Shown: one piece after another, positions 1 to 13,224 of the stretch
How the letters are laid out: each line of letters opens with the position of its first letter
Numbering within the stretch: position 1 is the stretch's first letter
DNA from: Okamejei kenojei
Lineage: Eukaryota
DNA length: 64,000 nt
Direction of reading: 5' to 3'
Assembly (NCBI GenBank): GCA_035221665.1
Contig: CM069172.1
Location: 744,001 to 808,000 of the forward strand
The notes under the pieces: model-generated
What the model saw: only the letters and a program-made list of their open reading frames with translations
Told to the model about the DNA's origin: nothing
Database searches by the model: none
Program-made: the position numbers and the translations under genes

Positions 1-3000
1 CAATTGTGTAATTTGTTCCTCTAGCTGCCGTTGTTCATTCTTATTTTTTTTTATTCTGAAAGGCTTGGTATGAGATTATAACACCTCTAATAAAAGCTTT
101 GAAAGATTCCCATAATAATGTAGGTGGTGTCTGGCATATCATTTATTTTGAAAAAAAGATCCATTTGCTGTCTTAGATATATACTTCCTTGCGGGTCTTT
201 TAAAATTTGGGGGTTATACCTCCTGAACGATGTATTCGTAGAAATGCCTTCTATTTTTTTTTAAAGTTAGGGGTGAATGATCTGAAATCGTATTTGTGTG
301 GTATTTTGGGTTAAGTTTATAAGGAATTAATTTTGTGTCTACCAGGAAATAATCTATACGTGAATAAGTCTTGTGTACCGATGAATAAAACAAATATTCC
401 TTGCCTGTCAGATTTGCTATCCTCCAAACATCGGTTATATTTGTATTTTTTATATATGTGTTTAAATGTTCACTAGTTTTAGATTTTGTATTACCTCGTT
501 GTTTTTGACTGTATTTATCTAAATAAGGATCTAGGACACAGTTAAAGTCTCCCCCAATTATAACATTCTGGTAATTATATTCTGCAATTATATTCAAAAT
601 TTTATTTAAAAAATGCGGATTATCAAAGTTAGGCGCATATATATTTACCAATGTGATTAGGATTGCATGGATCTCCCAAGTAACTATCAAATATCTCCCA
701 TCCTTATCTGTTAAGGTATTTTTCTGTTTAAATGGTATATCTTTGCGAATCATGATGGACGTGCCTCTGGATTTTGACGAATGAAAAGTTTGACCTATCC
801 AGTTGGCCCTCATTCTAACTTGATCTTGAACTTTAAGATGCGTTTCTTGGAGTAAGATAACATCTGACTTAAATGCAAAATGAGATTCCTCCCGATTTAT
901 TTTGTTTAGTGTCTTGCATTTTGACTAGGTTTAGTACCTATGTATCTTACGGTGCATCCATACCTCTGGTCTTTAAGTAATGGGGGAACAGTCAACCTAC
1001 CAAGTTCAGTTTGTGGATTCCTTTTGCGATTATCCTTGACTAAAAAAACACACAAGTGATTAATTGTGATAGTAAAAAAAAAATAGTAAATGTGAAAATA
1101 CAGTGACCGAGCTTGTTGGCACTGCAATAAGTGGCCCACCTGTTGGTGGGAGAAAACATTGTATCGACTTCCGTTGTCGATGTTAATAATATTCCGTTCC
1201 CTCAATAAGTCATAACATATTCATACTAGAGCGGAGCCGATTCCAAATCAAATATATAATACCTAATTGCTGTTTATATATCCATTTCATATGTATTCCC
1301 AAATATATCTAACTTGTATCTACAGTGTTAAGCATCAGTTTTGACGTCGATAATAATCAGCTATTGGTTGAAGGGGCTACCTAGGGCAGGCTTCTGGATC
1401 TGAGCCAGGAGCCCGTCATCCCCCTTATCTGCTTAAATCTGCTTAAAACTTATTAAGATATTAAGTTATAGATGTTAGTTTGGAAATCACCCCTTTACTA
1501 CCGGCCTGGTTAATGTTCATTACAATTTCTATGATAGTATTCTATGTTTTAAGTGTTAAAAGTGTTATTTCTATAAAATTAGGTTATTCAGTTAAATTTT
1601 AAACCACGGTAATTGCTCTATTCAGATTATATTGTAAAGCTCTGTATTCAGTGTTTATCTTTTTCCGCTTCACTTGGAACCCAGTATGTCCTTGAATTAA
1701 TATTCCTCGATAAGCCGTCGAGTCCAAACACAGGTAGAGTTCCATCTTCTGTTGAACACATTTCATGGTGAAATAGTAAAGAGAGAAAATATCCATACAG
1801 TTCAGCTTTTCAAGTTACTTATTCTCTTCCACGATGGTTAAGGCATATTTATATGCGCTCTCTGGATTTGTAAACGATTTTTGCTGATCGTTGTAAGAAT
1901 TGCGCATTCTCGCAGGAAAGTAGACTCCATATCTGACACCCTTCACGCCTTGCAGCGCTTGCTTTACCTTGTAGAACTGATTTCTTTTTTGGACCACTTC
2001 AGAGGGGTAATCTCTAAATATTTTGAAGGTTGTCTGCTTGTATTTCAGTGGTACTCCATATTTGATATTACTCATAACCTCTTCCACGCCAGAGATGTCC
2101 TGAAATTTCACAATGATCTGACGTGTGTATTCTGAGCCTGTTTGGGATTTTTGTTTGATCTCAGAATTCGATGTGCCGCTTCAATGTTCGGATGGTTAGG
2201 AAGATTAAGAGCTTCTTTAATTAGATCCGCAGCAAACTCCCGAGGGTTATCTCCCTCAGCTTCCTCGGGTACTCCTACCAGCCTTAGATTAAAGCGTCTC
2301 GAACGAGTTTCCAAGTCTAAGCACTTATCCGAACATTTTGCCAGCTGTTTTGTAGTGAGGTTGTGCTGTATCTCCATTTTCTTCATATCCTCGGCCATTC
2401 GTCCCATCTCTTCCTCCATCTCTTTCATTGCTTTCACATATGAGGAGACAGTCTCATGCACTGCAACAAACTTCTTATTAGTGTCTTCTTCCCCCTTGTC
2501 CATTCGCTCCAATATGTCAACTCTCACATCTTCAATTCTTTTATTTACGGTGTTGATCGAATCCTGCACAGACTCAATAACTTTCAAATTGCCCGTATTT
2601 GTATTCAGCATGAGCTTATCTGTCATATCTTTCATCATTTTTTCCATGTGCGTTCCGTCCACCTTTTCACTTTCAGTTCTCTTACCGTTTGCTTTAAGTC
2701 CGCCAAGTCTTTCTCCTTATCTGCCTTAGCTCTTGTAGACATTTCGGAACGCAGTTTTCCTTCAAGAGCACCTTCAAAAGTCGATTCTTCAAGCTTTTCA
2801 GGCTCTTTCTCAGTGCTGCAGTATATTTTTGAAATGCTTGAGGACTTTGAGCAGAAATCGGATTCTGCATTTAAAGGGTTAAATCCAGAGTTTAGCACAA
2901 AACTAATTGTTGCCGTCATCAGCATTCAAGGCCTCCCATAACCTTATTTTAAAATCGGTCCCGATCTATAGACCCAGTTTACATGCGAAAAATCGCAATT

Positions 3001-3040
3001 TTTCGGCGACTGTTACCAAAACATGGTGCCACTGGAAGTC
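1..3040 (-). mobile_element. L1-clade LINE, degenerate 5' part (5'UTR, ORF1, spacer, ORF2 endonuclease); runs off the window
   Basis: ORF1 pieces at about 2742-1815 with frameshifts (coiled coil, LETRSRRFNLRLVGVPE, IFRDYP..VVQKR). APE endonuclease motifs at 813-214 (NIYAPN, GGDFN, YSRIDYF, ISDHSP). GACTTCC..CACCATG-type 5' end near 3040. Confidence 0.9.
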
Positions 3041-3137
3041 TATTAGGCCTGATTTAAATGAGCTTACAGTCTGTACACACCTCATGTGTTCAGGGAGCTT
3101 GTTCCACTGGTGTGGAGCATAAAAAACTGAACGCTGC

Positions 3138-3422
3138 TTACCTGCGATGGAGACGGTGAGGTCTCGGGGGAAGCGGTTTGGGGAGAGGGAACAGGTTCTG
3201 GAGATGAATGGAAAGGAGACGCAGTCACTTGTCACAGTATTTAGGCGGTAATATTACTGATTGACCTTTTATGTGGAATCCGTGCCTGTGAAAGTTTGCA
3301 CAACGCTGAGTCTCGGGTATATTGTCAGCAAACCGTTGGAAATTGGCGGCCGCAGAGAACCGTGGGAGGAGCTGGGGATGAGATGCCGCTCTCTGCTCTG
3401 TCTGTCATTCAAACTCTGTCTC
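3138..3422 (+). promoter_or_regulatory. Distal part of the H4 promoter, displaced by the Gypsy insertion
   Basis: Matches the reverse complement of the uninterrupted upstream region of the second H4 (about 29005-29288). Confidence 0.85.
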
Positions 3423-6400
3423 TGTAAATAATATGTGTATACACCTTTAAGTGATAGTAACGTTGTCCATGCTAACCACTCCCCCACCAGTTAGTATAAT
3501 TGTAAACCACACGCCGCTAGCTCTCTCTCTGGTGATCATGACAGACCACGTACAGCTAGCGCTATATGATGTATGATTAATAAAGTAGTGAAGACCTAAA
3601 GGTGTCTGTGTACCTTCTCTACATAGCGTCAGAAGTTCTTCTTCCTGCATCTCCTGTTTATCGCGTTTTATTTTCTTAGTCTCAGTACCCCCTCCCTGTG
3701 CCTTGATGGCTTCTGCCTGTCTTAAACCTGACATCCTAGTCTTTGATGCAGACATCACTCATCGCTGGAGTGTATTCCGACATGACTTTGAGCATTATGT
3801 TACAAACGCTCACCCTGCTGTGGCCCCCGCGGTCAAGGCTTCCCTTCTGCTGAATCTAGCTGGTCCCAAAGTGCTTGAGCAATCGGAGTCATTCATCTAT
3901 GGACAGGGCGAGAGTATCCAGGACCCGTTATGTCTGCTTGCTAAATTTACGGTGATGTGTGACATTCCCACTAACCACATCTTAGAGCGTTTCAAACTGT
4001 TCTCCCAACGCCAAAACCCTGGGGAATCTATTGACAATTTCATGGCCGCGCTGCGCCAACTGGCTCGCGGATGTGACCTGCATGTCCTGACCCCTAATAC
4101 TTTGACCTGTGACATCTTTTTCTTTGGTCTTCGGGATAATAAGCTGTGCTCTGAGCTGCTGCGTAAGCCTGATCTGACATTCAATGAGGCGTTGCATGCC
4201 TCTCGTTTAGCTGAGGCTGTCTCCTATGCTGTACCTGACCCTGTGGTCCACGCAGCCAGTCTCGCTGGTCACCAGTACAATGCTCCCCGGCGACAGTGGG
4301 CAAGACCTGCGACGTGTTTCAGACCGCCTCAACGATGTCTGAATTGTAACTTTGTTTCACACCGTTCTAATGTGTGCCCGGCGTTGGGGAAAACCTGTAA
4401 TTTCTGCAACAAGCCCAACCACTTCTCAGCAGCATGCCGTTCCCGTGGGAACCCTGCACGGCCACAGCAGAAACCGTCTCGCTACTTGACACGTGATGAT
4501 ACCGCGTCTGGTTCATATCTCCAGCATGATGAACTCCCCCTGTCTGATTCTGACTCTTCTCAGAGCGAACTGAGTGTGTTTTCCTTGCGAGGTGCAGCTG
4601 CTCTGATAACGGACCCGACCGTCCGAGTCACGGTGAATGGCATGGCCTTTTCTGCTAAGGTGGATACGGGGGTTATTGCTAATGTTATGTCAACAAGCCT
4701 GTTTAGGAAGATAAGGAATAATGAGCCCGTTTCCATGGACAGTGCTGTTTTGCGTGCCTATGGGGGTGGTGTACTTGTTCCTGTGGGGAGGGCCACTCTC
4801 CACTGCAAGGTGCTGAAGACCTCTCGGCCCCTCTCTTTCTTCCTGCTAGATGGTAATTGTGACCCCATGCTCGGCGTGGAGGCCTGCCAGGACCTCGGAT
4901 TGGTGAGCTTCCACAGCGATGTCCACCTGGTAGAGGCACCCTTGAATCCGCTGGCCGAATTCCCGGACCAGTTTGACTCGAAGCTGGGGAAGTTGCCCTG
5001 CAGCTACAGGATTGCCCTCAATCCCGACATCATGACGGTCTTCCGTCCCCCGCACCATGTGTCCTTCGCCATGAGGGGCAAGGTCGAGTCTGCTCTTCGC
5101 GAGTTGGTGGCCACGGGCATCCTGAAGCCAGTAACGGACTCCACCCGGTGGGTTTCTACTATGGTTGTCGCTGCGAAGAAAGATAAGAGCGAACTACGGA
5201 TCTGCATCAACCCTAAGGACCTGAACTTGGCTTTCAGGCGCCCGCACTATCCCATGCGGACGGTGGAGGATGTTGCTGCACAGGTCGGCCCTGCCACCGT
5301 GTTCTCGGTTCTTGATGCCAAGAGTTTGTTCTGGCAGATACCTCTAGACGAGCGATCCTCGCACCTTCAGCACGCCCTTCGGCAGGTATCGCTTCCTCCG
5401 CATGCTTGGGATCAACTCTGCCAACGAGGAGTTCCAAAGGACCATGGAACAACTGTTTGCTGGACTTCCATGTGCCATCATTGTCGACGACATCCTGGTT
5501 TATGGGAAGAATGTCGCTGAGCACGACTACCACCTTCGCCAGGTGCTGCAGCGGGCCCGGGAGGTCAACCTGGAGCTCAACCCGAAGAAGTGCCGATTCC
5601 GGGTCCCTGAGGTCACCTACGTGGGGCATGTCTTCACTGCATTGGGGCTGAAGCCCGACCCGCAGAAGACGGCCGCGATATCTGAGATGCCTGCACCTGT
5701 GGACGTGCCTGGCCTACAGCGCTTCTTGGGCATGGTCAACTACCTGGGAAAGTTCATCCCCGACCTGAGTGAACTGAGTGCCCCTCTGCGGGATATGGTG
5801 AAAATGGAGACTGCCTGGGCCTGGTTCCCGCAACACCAGAAAGCATTTGACACCCTCAAATCTAAACTGATCAGCATGCCAACGATGAAGTCCTTTGACC
5901 TCCAGCGCCCCATCGTTCTCACATGTGATGCATCTAAGTTTGGCCTCGGGGCCGCCTGCCTGCAGATCCATGACGGGGTGCAACGGCCTGTGTCCTATGC
6001 ATCCCGCACAATGACGACCGCTGAACAACGCTATGCCCAGATTGAAAAGGAGCTGCAGGCTGTTGTCTTTGCAGACTTTTTATCGCAAGGGCAAGGACAT
6101 GTTTGTTGCTGACATGCTGTCTCGGGTGTCTCTCTCATCCACATCCTGACATCTATATGAGGCATCCGATCTGATAGTCCTAAACGTCAATTTTGTGCCC
6201 TCCAGTCTGTTGAAGTCCCTGGCCAAGCACACGGTGGCTGACGGTTCGCTACAGCAGCTGGCCGCGATCATCAAGCAGGGTGGCCAGACCGCCGTTCTTC
6301 CCTGCCGGCCGCAGCGGTGCCTTACTTCTTGGTTCATGACGAGTTGGTGCTGTTTGATGGTGTAATTGTGAAGGGGCACAAGGTGATGGTGCCCAAAGCA

Positions 6401-7486
6401 CTATGAGAACAATACTTCGAAACCGCTCAACGTGGCCATCCGGGGCTGAAGCGACCCTTTCCATTGCTCAGAGCCAGTTCTTCTGGCTAGACATGCCTTG
6501 CTACTTCCGGGATAGAGTTTCCACGTGCCCTACCTGCAACAGCCTCACACCGCAGCAACAGCGGCAGCCACTCCTGCAGCAGCCAGCTGCTAACCTGCCC
6601 TGGTCTGCGCTAGCAATCGACATCTTCGAGTGGCAGGAATGCACTTCCTGGTGCTTGTTGACTCTTACTCCAGCCGGTTCCCCTCGTTCGTACCTCGTCA
6701 ACCACGATGGCAGGGTGTACCGCCGGTCCCGCCAGCATCTCCGGCTCGTGAACGAGCCTCTCCCTCCCGGCAGCTCCGTATTCCCCCCCCCCCCTGCCAC
6801 TATCGCGGCCCAGTGCTTTGCGCGTTCCTCTGGGGTCACCCCCCCTCGTCCTTCTCCTGTCCGCCGCCCGGCTGCGGTCCCGCTTTCTCTGGCTTCCCCG
6901 CCCTTCTCTTCGCCATCCCCCACCCCAATGACTTCGTTGCCCAGGGGTTCTCCTGTCCGTAGCCCCCACCATGCCCCGGCGTCGTCCCTACTTTTTGTTA
7001 GAGGAAAGATGTAGATGATATGTGTATACACCTTTAATTGATAGTAACGTTGTCCATGCTAACCACTCCCCCGCCAGTTAGTATAATTGTAACCCACACG
7101 CCCCTAGCTCCCTCTCTGGTGATCCTGACAGAGCACGTACAACTAGGGCTATATGATGTTAACGAAGAAACTGCAGATGCTGGAGAATCGAGGGTTACAC
7201 AAAATGCTGGAGAAACTCAGCGGGTGCAGCAGCATCTAAGGAGCGAAGGAGATAGGCGACGTTTCGGGTCGAGACCCTTCTTCAGTCTGAAGAAGGGTCT
7301 CGACCCGAACCGTCGCCTATCAAGTCTGAAGAAGGGTCTCGACCCGAAACGTCGCCTATCTCCTTCGCTCCTTAGATGCTGCTGCACCCGCTGAGTTTCT
7401 CCAGCATTTTGTGTAACCCTAGGGCTATATGATGTATGATTAATAAAGTAGTGAAGTCCTAAAGGTGTCTGTGAACCGTCTCTACA
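3423..7486 (+). mobile_element. Gypsy/Ty3 LTR retrotransposon (Mag-like), defective
   Basis: TG..CA LTRs at 3423-3623 and 7010-7486. 5-bp TSD GTCTC (3418-3422, 7487-7491). PBS-like TAGCGTCAGAAGT at 3624 and PPT AGAGGAAAGA at 7000-7009. gag-pol from 3706 has zinc knuckles, protease VDTG, RT IVDD, RNase H CDAS and a deleted integrase. Confidence 0.95.
7160..7418. mobile_element. Palindromic Penelope-derived insertion with hammerhead-ribozyme-like cores, inside the 3' LTR
   Basis: Absent from the 5' LTR. 17-bp TSD CTAGGGCTATATGATGT (7143-7159, 7419-7435). Inverted arms at about 7191-7285 and 7326-7420. Contains CTGAAGA-stem-GAAAC motifs. Confidence 0.8.
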
Positions 7487-7547
7487 GTCTCCTCCCCTTC
7501 TCGCCTGTCTCTCGCTCTGCGTTTCTCGAGCAGGTCGGGGCGCTGTG

Positions 7548-7554
7548 TATAAAA
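7548..7554 (+). promoter_or_regulatory. H4 TATA box
   Basis: TATAAAA about 60 nt upstream of the ATG, in the same context in all three H4 promoters. Confidence 0.8.
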
Positions 7555-7599
7555 GGAGACTGCAGCATTCGGCATTTTATTGTGCAGCGACTTGAGTGA

Positions 7600-7920
<321 letters not shown>

Positions 7921-7954
7921 ATAATTCTTCCATTTCTCCAATCGACAAAACAAA

Positions 7955-7970
7955 GGCTCTTTTAAGAGCC
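7955..7970 (+). terminator. Histone 3' stem-loop (H4)
   Basis: GGCTCT-TTTA-AGAGCC preceded by CAAA. Confidence 0.93.
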
Positions 7971-8619
7971 AACCACCATTTCACGGAGTGAGCAGTGACC
8001 GGGGGCATGAAAATATGTAATTAATGAACTTTCAGTTATTGCCCGATCGCTGCACGCACTTGATTGATTGGTGTTTACAGCGGTTGTGATCAAAGACCTG
8101 ATAGCTCGCTGTAGGTTCTTTGGTTCTGATGAGGAAAGCTCGTTAGGCAGATATTCTGAAGCCTTAAACTGAGGAGTGGCTTATAGTAGACCATTCTCCA
8201 GGCCAAAGATCATAGAGGCTATCTCCATTCTCTCCTTTGCCACTTAATGCTTTTGTAAATTCAGCAACATAAAGGTCGACTCGAAACTTCCCCCGAGGCA
8301 TCTCCAGTCTCGGGCAGAGCTGAATATCGCCAGTTTCGACATCGGGTCTGTAAATTCGCACCGCATATTCAGACTTAGTGGAGTGGTTTACGGAGGTGAT
8401 TTAATATATTTCGAAATTAAGTTGGTAGGTACAAAATAGTACTGCTTTCACAATTGCAAGGGAGTATTTACCTCGGTTCCCGCTTGCTGTTAAATTGGCG
8501 GTTAATTTGAAATTGAACCAGTAGCCAACCACACTACAGTCTGTCCTCACTGGTTGTCTGAGCTCCGCCCGCCGCTCACAAATCTCTGTATTTGGTCACA
8601 AATAATATTTCCCCCGCGG

Positions 8620-8874
8620 AGCAAATATACTAGTGCGGAGGCGGAAGCCGGTTACGGAAACATCCTCGTAAAAATCAAAGTTCTTTAGTAAAAATCTTCT
8701 CCTTTTCAGAATTATAATTTATTAACACAAACTGTTCCCCCGCAACGTTGATTACACTGCGAGAGGTATAAGCAACGTCGGGTCGGAATTACTGAAATGA
8801 CCGACGTTGCGTACTACACGTCAGCCCATTGGATTTAGCAGGAGTGAACCATCTTGCTCGCTATAAGATCTTTG
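8620..8874. mobile_element. Truncated MITE-like insertion in the H4-H3 spacer
   Basis: Absent from the homologous spacer at about 28005-28030. Internal hairpin at 8772-8810. Confidence 0.55.
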
Positions 8875-8910
8875 CCTGAAACTGCCGGCCAGTTGCTGAC
8901 TGAGCTGCTG

Positions 8911-8996
8911 CCAATCGCAGCGCGGGAACGACATGTTTGCTTCTCTGCTACAGCCAATCTCACGCTGTGGGCCGGCCCTTCACCAGGGCTTTAAAA
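8911..8996 (+). promoter_or_regulatory. H3 promoter: two CCAAT boxes and a TTTAAAA TATA-like box
   Basis: CCAAT at 8911 and 8954, TTTAAAA at 8990-8996. Conserved in the second H3 copy. Confidence 0.75.
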
Positions 8997-9060
8997 GTCG
9001 GCTCCAGAGCCGGCTCCGTCATTCCAGTGCCTCTATTTCAGGCTGTAATACAACTGTTGA

Positions 9061-9477
<417 letters not shown>

Positions 9478-9500
9478 ACTCGGAACCAAGGACAACAAAA

Positions 9501-9541
9501 GGCTCTTTTAAGAGCCACCAATCCGGCAGTGGAAAGAGCTG
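9501..9541 (+). terminator. Histone stem-loop and U7-binding HDE (H3)
   Basis: GGCTCT-TTTA-AGAGCC at 9501-9516; AAAGAGCTG at 9533-9541. Confidence 0.93.
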
Positions 9542-10495
9542 TCCCTCCTGTTCGTTTGTCCTCTAACATTATGGTCCCGGCCTTTCTCACCAGAACTGGC
9601 ACCGCAGTCACAGCTGCCGAGCGGAGTCTGACCCCACGGACTCCAGTGTCCCGGACGGACCTGGTCGCCATGTGAATCCCTTAGTGACGCGTTCTGATCT
9701 AAAGAACAGGTCTTTGTTACGCATTTTCCGCGGGTTCGGCGCTTCACAAAAACAGCGAGTGGCTTTGAAACAGCCTTTGGGTCACTGGGTTGTATTTTTC
9801 CTTCATGTGCTTTGCCCAGCTGTTTCTTATCCCTTTATAGCGGAGGCCCGGGCTATCAGCGGGACTTTGTTGAGCAGGGTTCCGCGCTCGCTGTTGCTGA
9901 ACGGAATCACACGTCGCTGATCCAACGTCTCGGGTAGATCTATTGATGTTATAAATCTCATAACGACTCAAAATGTGTGTACGCGACCCGAGCAAACCAC
10001 GCCGGCTGAGAGGTCGTCTGCCCCATTGTGGAGCACTCTGCTTTCACCGACAACAAACACCAATAAAGCGTGAAAAATAACCGTCGGCCCCGCAGATATT
10101 GCACCAACCCACTCAATTTTAAAGAATGCAACATCGAAATTCATAAACAAGGATAACACTTTTTATTCTGTGATTAATGGTAAGATTTACATAATTTACA
10201 CGTTATACAGGAATTGCAGTGTTTAGCATATCAGCTAACCAATGAAAGTGATGTAAAATTCAACATATTTCAAACAATGATAGCCCCACCCCTGCTTCCC
10301 TAAAGAACACAATGTACAACGTATATACAATTATAAATACATTGTCATTTGCAATATTTTGTGCGGCTAACAATCAGAATTTCAGACTATGTATATAAAC
10401 GGGTGTATTCCTTCAAATACATAATTTAAGAAAATTATATACATTACTAATGTGCTACTTCTTGAACTTTCTTACACTTCCTTTTAACTTCCTTC

Positions 10496-11050
10496 TATTG
10501 CGTACAGTTTTGGTCTCCAAATCTGAGGAAGGACATTATTGCCATAGAGGGAGTGCAGAGAAGGTTCACCAGACTGATTCCTGGGATGTCAGGACTGTCT
10601 TATGAAGAAAGACTGGATAGACTCGGTTTATACTCTCTGGAATTTAGGAGATTGAGAGGGGATCTTATAGAAACTTACAAAATTCTTAAGGGGTTGGACA
10701 GGCTAGATGCAGGAAGATTGTTCCCGATGTTGGGGAAGTCCAGGACAAGGGGTCACAGCTTAAGGATAAGGGGGAAATCCTTTAAGACCAAGATGAGAAA
10801 GACTTTTTTCACACAGAGAGCGGTGAGTCTCTGGAACTCTCTGCCACAGAGGGTAGTTGAGGCCAGTTCATTGGCTATATTTAAGAGTGAGTTGGATGTG
10901 GCCCTTGTGGCTAAGGGGATCAGAGGGTATGGAGAGAAGGCAGGTACGGGATACTGAGTTGGATGATCAGCCATGATCATATTGAATGGCGGTGCAGGCT
11001 CGAAGGGCTGAATGGCCTACTCCTGCACCTAATTTCTATGTTTCTATGTT
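10496..11050 (+). mobile_element. CR1-type LINE 3' fragment (young subfamily)
   Basis: [22 protein letters not shown]-terminus and (TTTCTATG)n tail. Near-identical to the copies at 12.7, 20.4 and 39.0 kb. Confidence 0.9.
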
Positions 11051-11492
11051 AACAGACATGTCCTTCATTTTTCTATTCTTAAATTTGAGTCCATAATGTA
11101 TGTGAACACTCACAAAGGTTGCTACAATTCTAGCCTTGACTGTATGGCAGCACAAGTTCATGTCCTTGTATTCCTGTGTATTGCTGTGTTTATTAGATGG
11201 GAAATGTTGTTGTGTTCCTCGTCATTTTCACATCGTTAAATTCTGTGCGAAACACATTCTCAGGCACTTCACAGAATGCTAGAAAGTATTTAGAAGGCAC
11301 CATCAAGGAGCCAAAGTAAGATGTAGATGTGTCCTATGCTTTATGATGGATGAATATGAGGGCAGGATCAACTAAAGTGGCATCAGGTCGTAGTAGAATG
11401 CTTGGCCTGTATGTTGTGTGACATTGCCAGGCCAAATAAAAATTTGAAATGGGGAAAAAATTGAGAAGTATACAAATGAAATGGATTTAGCA

Positions 11493-11760
11493 TATCATCG
11501 GCAGTCACTCGAAACGGGTATGACTCTCCTCTACATAAGGTTGTCAACTTGTGGGTCTGCAGATGTCTGTAGAGGTTGATCCGCAATCCACACACCTTGG
11601 TGCAACGTGGGCAGTGGAGACTGGCAGTGGTTGGTAGTCATCGAGCCCCCTTCTGTCTCTCTCCTTACAGTTCTGTCGCTTTATCTCTGCGACATGGCAT
11701 AGTTCCATTTCATGACGTGCAGCTCGTTCCAGCACAGGTTTCCTCCAGGAGCGTCTGTCC
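11493..11760 (-). mobile_element. RTE-like LINE 3' fragment
   Basis: C-terminal Cys/His remnant (CGLRINLYRHLQTH). Confidence 0.5.
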
Positions 11761-11884
11761 AGGGAGTGTAATGTGCTCCCTGTTGTTTGATGTCAAGTCA
11801 AGTCACATTTATTTACATAGCACATTTAAAAAACAACTGTCGTTGACCAAAGTGCTTTACATTTGTTATAAGAGTAGTATCCTC

Positions 11885-12085
11885 AACAACATGAAAGTCC
11901 TTCCTCAAATATGGAGACCAAAACTGCACACAATACTCGAGGTGTGGTCTCACTAGGTCCCTGTACAACTGCAGAAGGACCTCTTTGCTCCCATACTCAA
12001 CTACTCTTGTTATGAAGGCCAACATGTCATTTGCTTTCTTCACTGCGTGCCATTCCCGCATGCTTACTTTTAGTGACTGTTGAAG
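11885..12085 (-). mobile_element. CR1 fragment
   Basis: [20 protein letters not shown] motif. Confidence 0.8.
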
Positions 12086-12088
12086 CAT

Positions 12089-13224
12089 ACTTAAAGCATA
12101 CGGTATTAGGGGTTCAGTATTGATGTGGATAGAGAACTGGCTGGGAAACAGGAAGCAAAGAGTAGGAGTAAACGGGTCCTTTTCACAATGGCAGGCAGTA
12201 ACTAGTGGGGTACCGCAGGGCTCAGTGCTGGGACCCCAGCTATTTACAATATATATTAATGATCTGGATGAGGGAATTGAAGGCAATATCTCCAAGTTTG
12301 CGGATGACACTAAGCTGGGGGGCAGTGTTCGCTGTGAGGAGGATGTAGGAGACTGCAAGGTGACTTGGATAGGCTGGGTGAGTGGGCAAATGTTTGGCAG
12401 ATGCAGTATAATGTGGATAAATGTGAGGTTATCCACTTTGGTGGCAAAAACAGGAAAGCAGACTATTATTTAAATGGTGGCCGATTAGGAAAAGGGGAGA
12501 TGCAGCGAGACCTGGGTGTCATGGTACACCAGTCATTGAAAGTAGGCATGCAGGTGCAGCAGGCAGTGAAAAAAGTGAATGGTATGTTAGCTTTCATAGC
12601 GAAAGGATTTGAGTACAGGAGCAGGGAGGTTCTACTTCAGTTGTACAGGGTCTTGGTGAGCTGGAGTATTGCGTGCAGTTTTGGTCTCAAAATCTGAGGA
12701 AGGACATTATTGCCATAGAGGGAGTGCAGAGAAGGTTCACCAGACTGATTCCTGGGATGTCAGGACTGTCTTATGAAGAAAGACTGGATAGACTCGGTTT
12801 ATACTCTCTGGAATTTAGGAGATTAAGAGGGGATCTTATAGAAACTTACAAAATTCTTAAGGGGTTGGACAGGCTAGATGCAGGAAGATTGTTCCCGATG
12901 TTGGGGAAGTCCAGGACAAGGGTCACAGCTTAAGGATAAGGGGAAATCCTTTAAGACCGAGATGAGAAAGACTTTCTTCACACAGAGAGTGGTGAGTCTC
13001 TGGAACTCTCTGCCACAGAGGGTAGTTGAGGCCAGTTCATTGGCTATATTTAAGAGTGAGTTGGATGTGGCCCTTGTGGCTAAGGGGATCAGAGGGTATG
13101 GAGAGAAGGCAGGTACGGGATACTGAGTTGGATGATCAGCCATGATCATATTGAATGGCGGTGCAGGCTCGAAGGGCTGAATGGCCTACTCCTGCACCTA
13201 ATTTCTATGTTTCTATGTTTCTAT
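12089..13224 (+). mobile_element. CR1-type LINE, RT 3' half and tail
   Basis: [11 protein letters not shown] and KFADDTK motifs; (TTTCTATG)n tail. Confidence 0.92.

Noticed and set aside
11885-12110. Twin-priming 5' inversion of one CR1
   Set aside because: The - strand piece duplicates sequence also present in the + piece and is more diverged, so these are two separate insertions.
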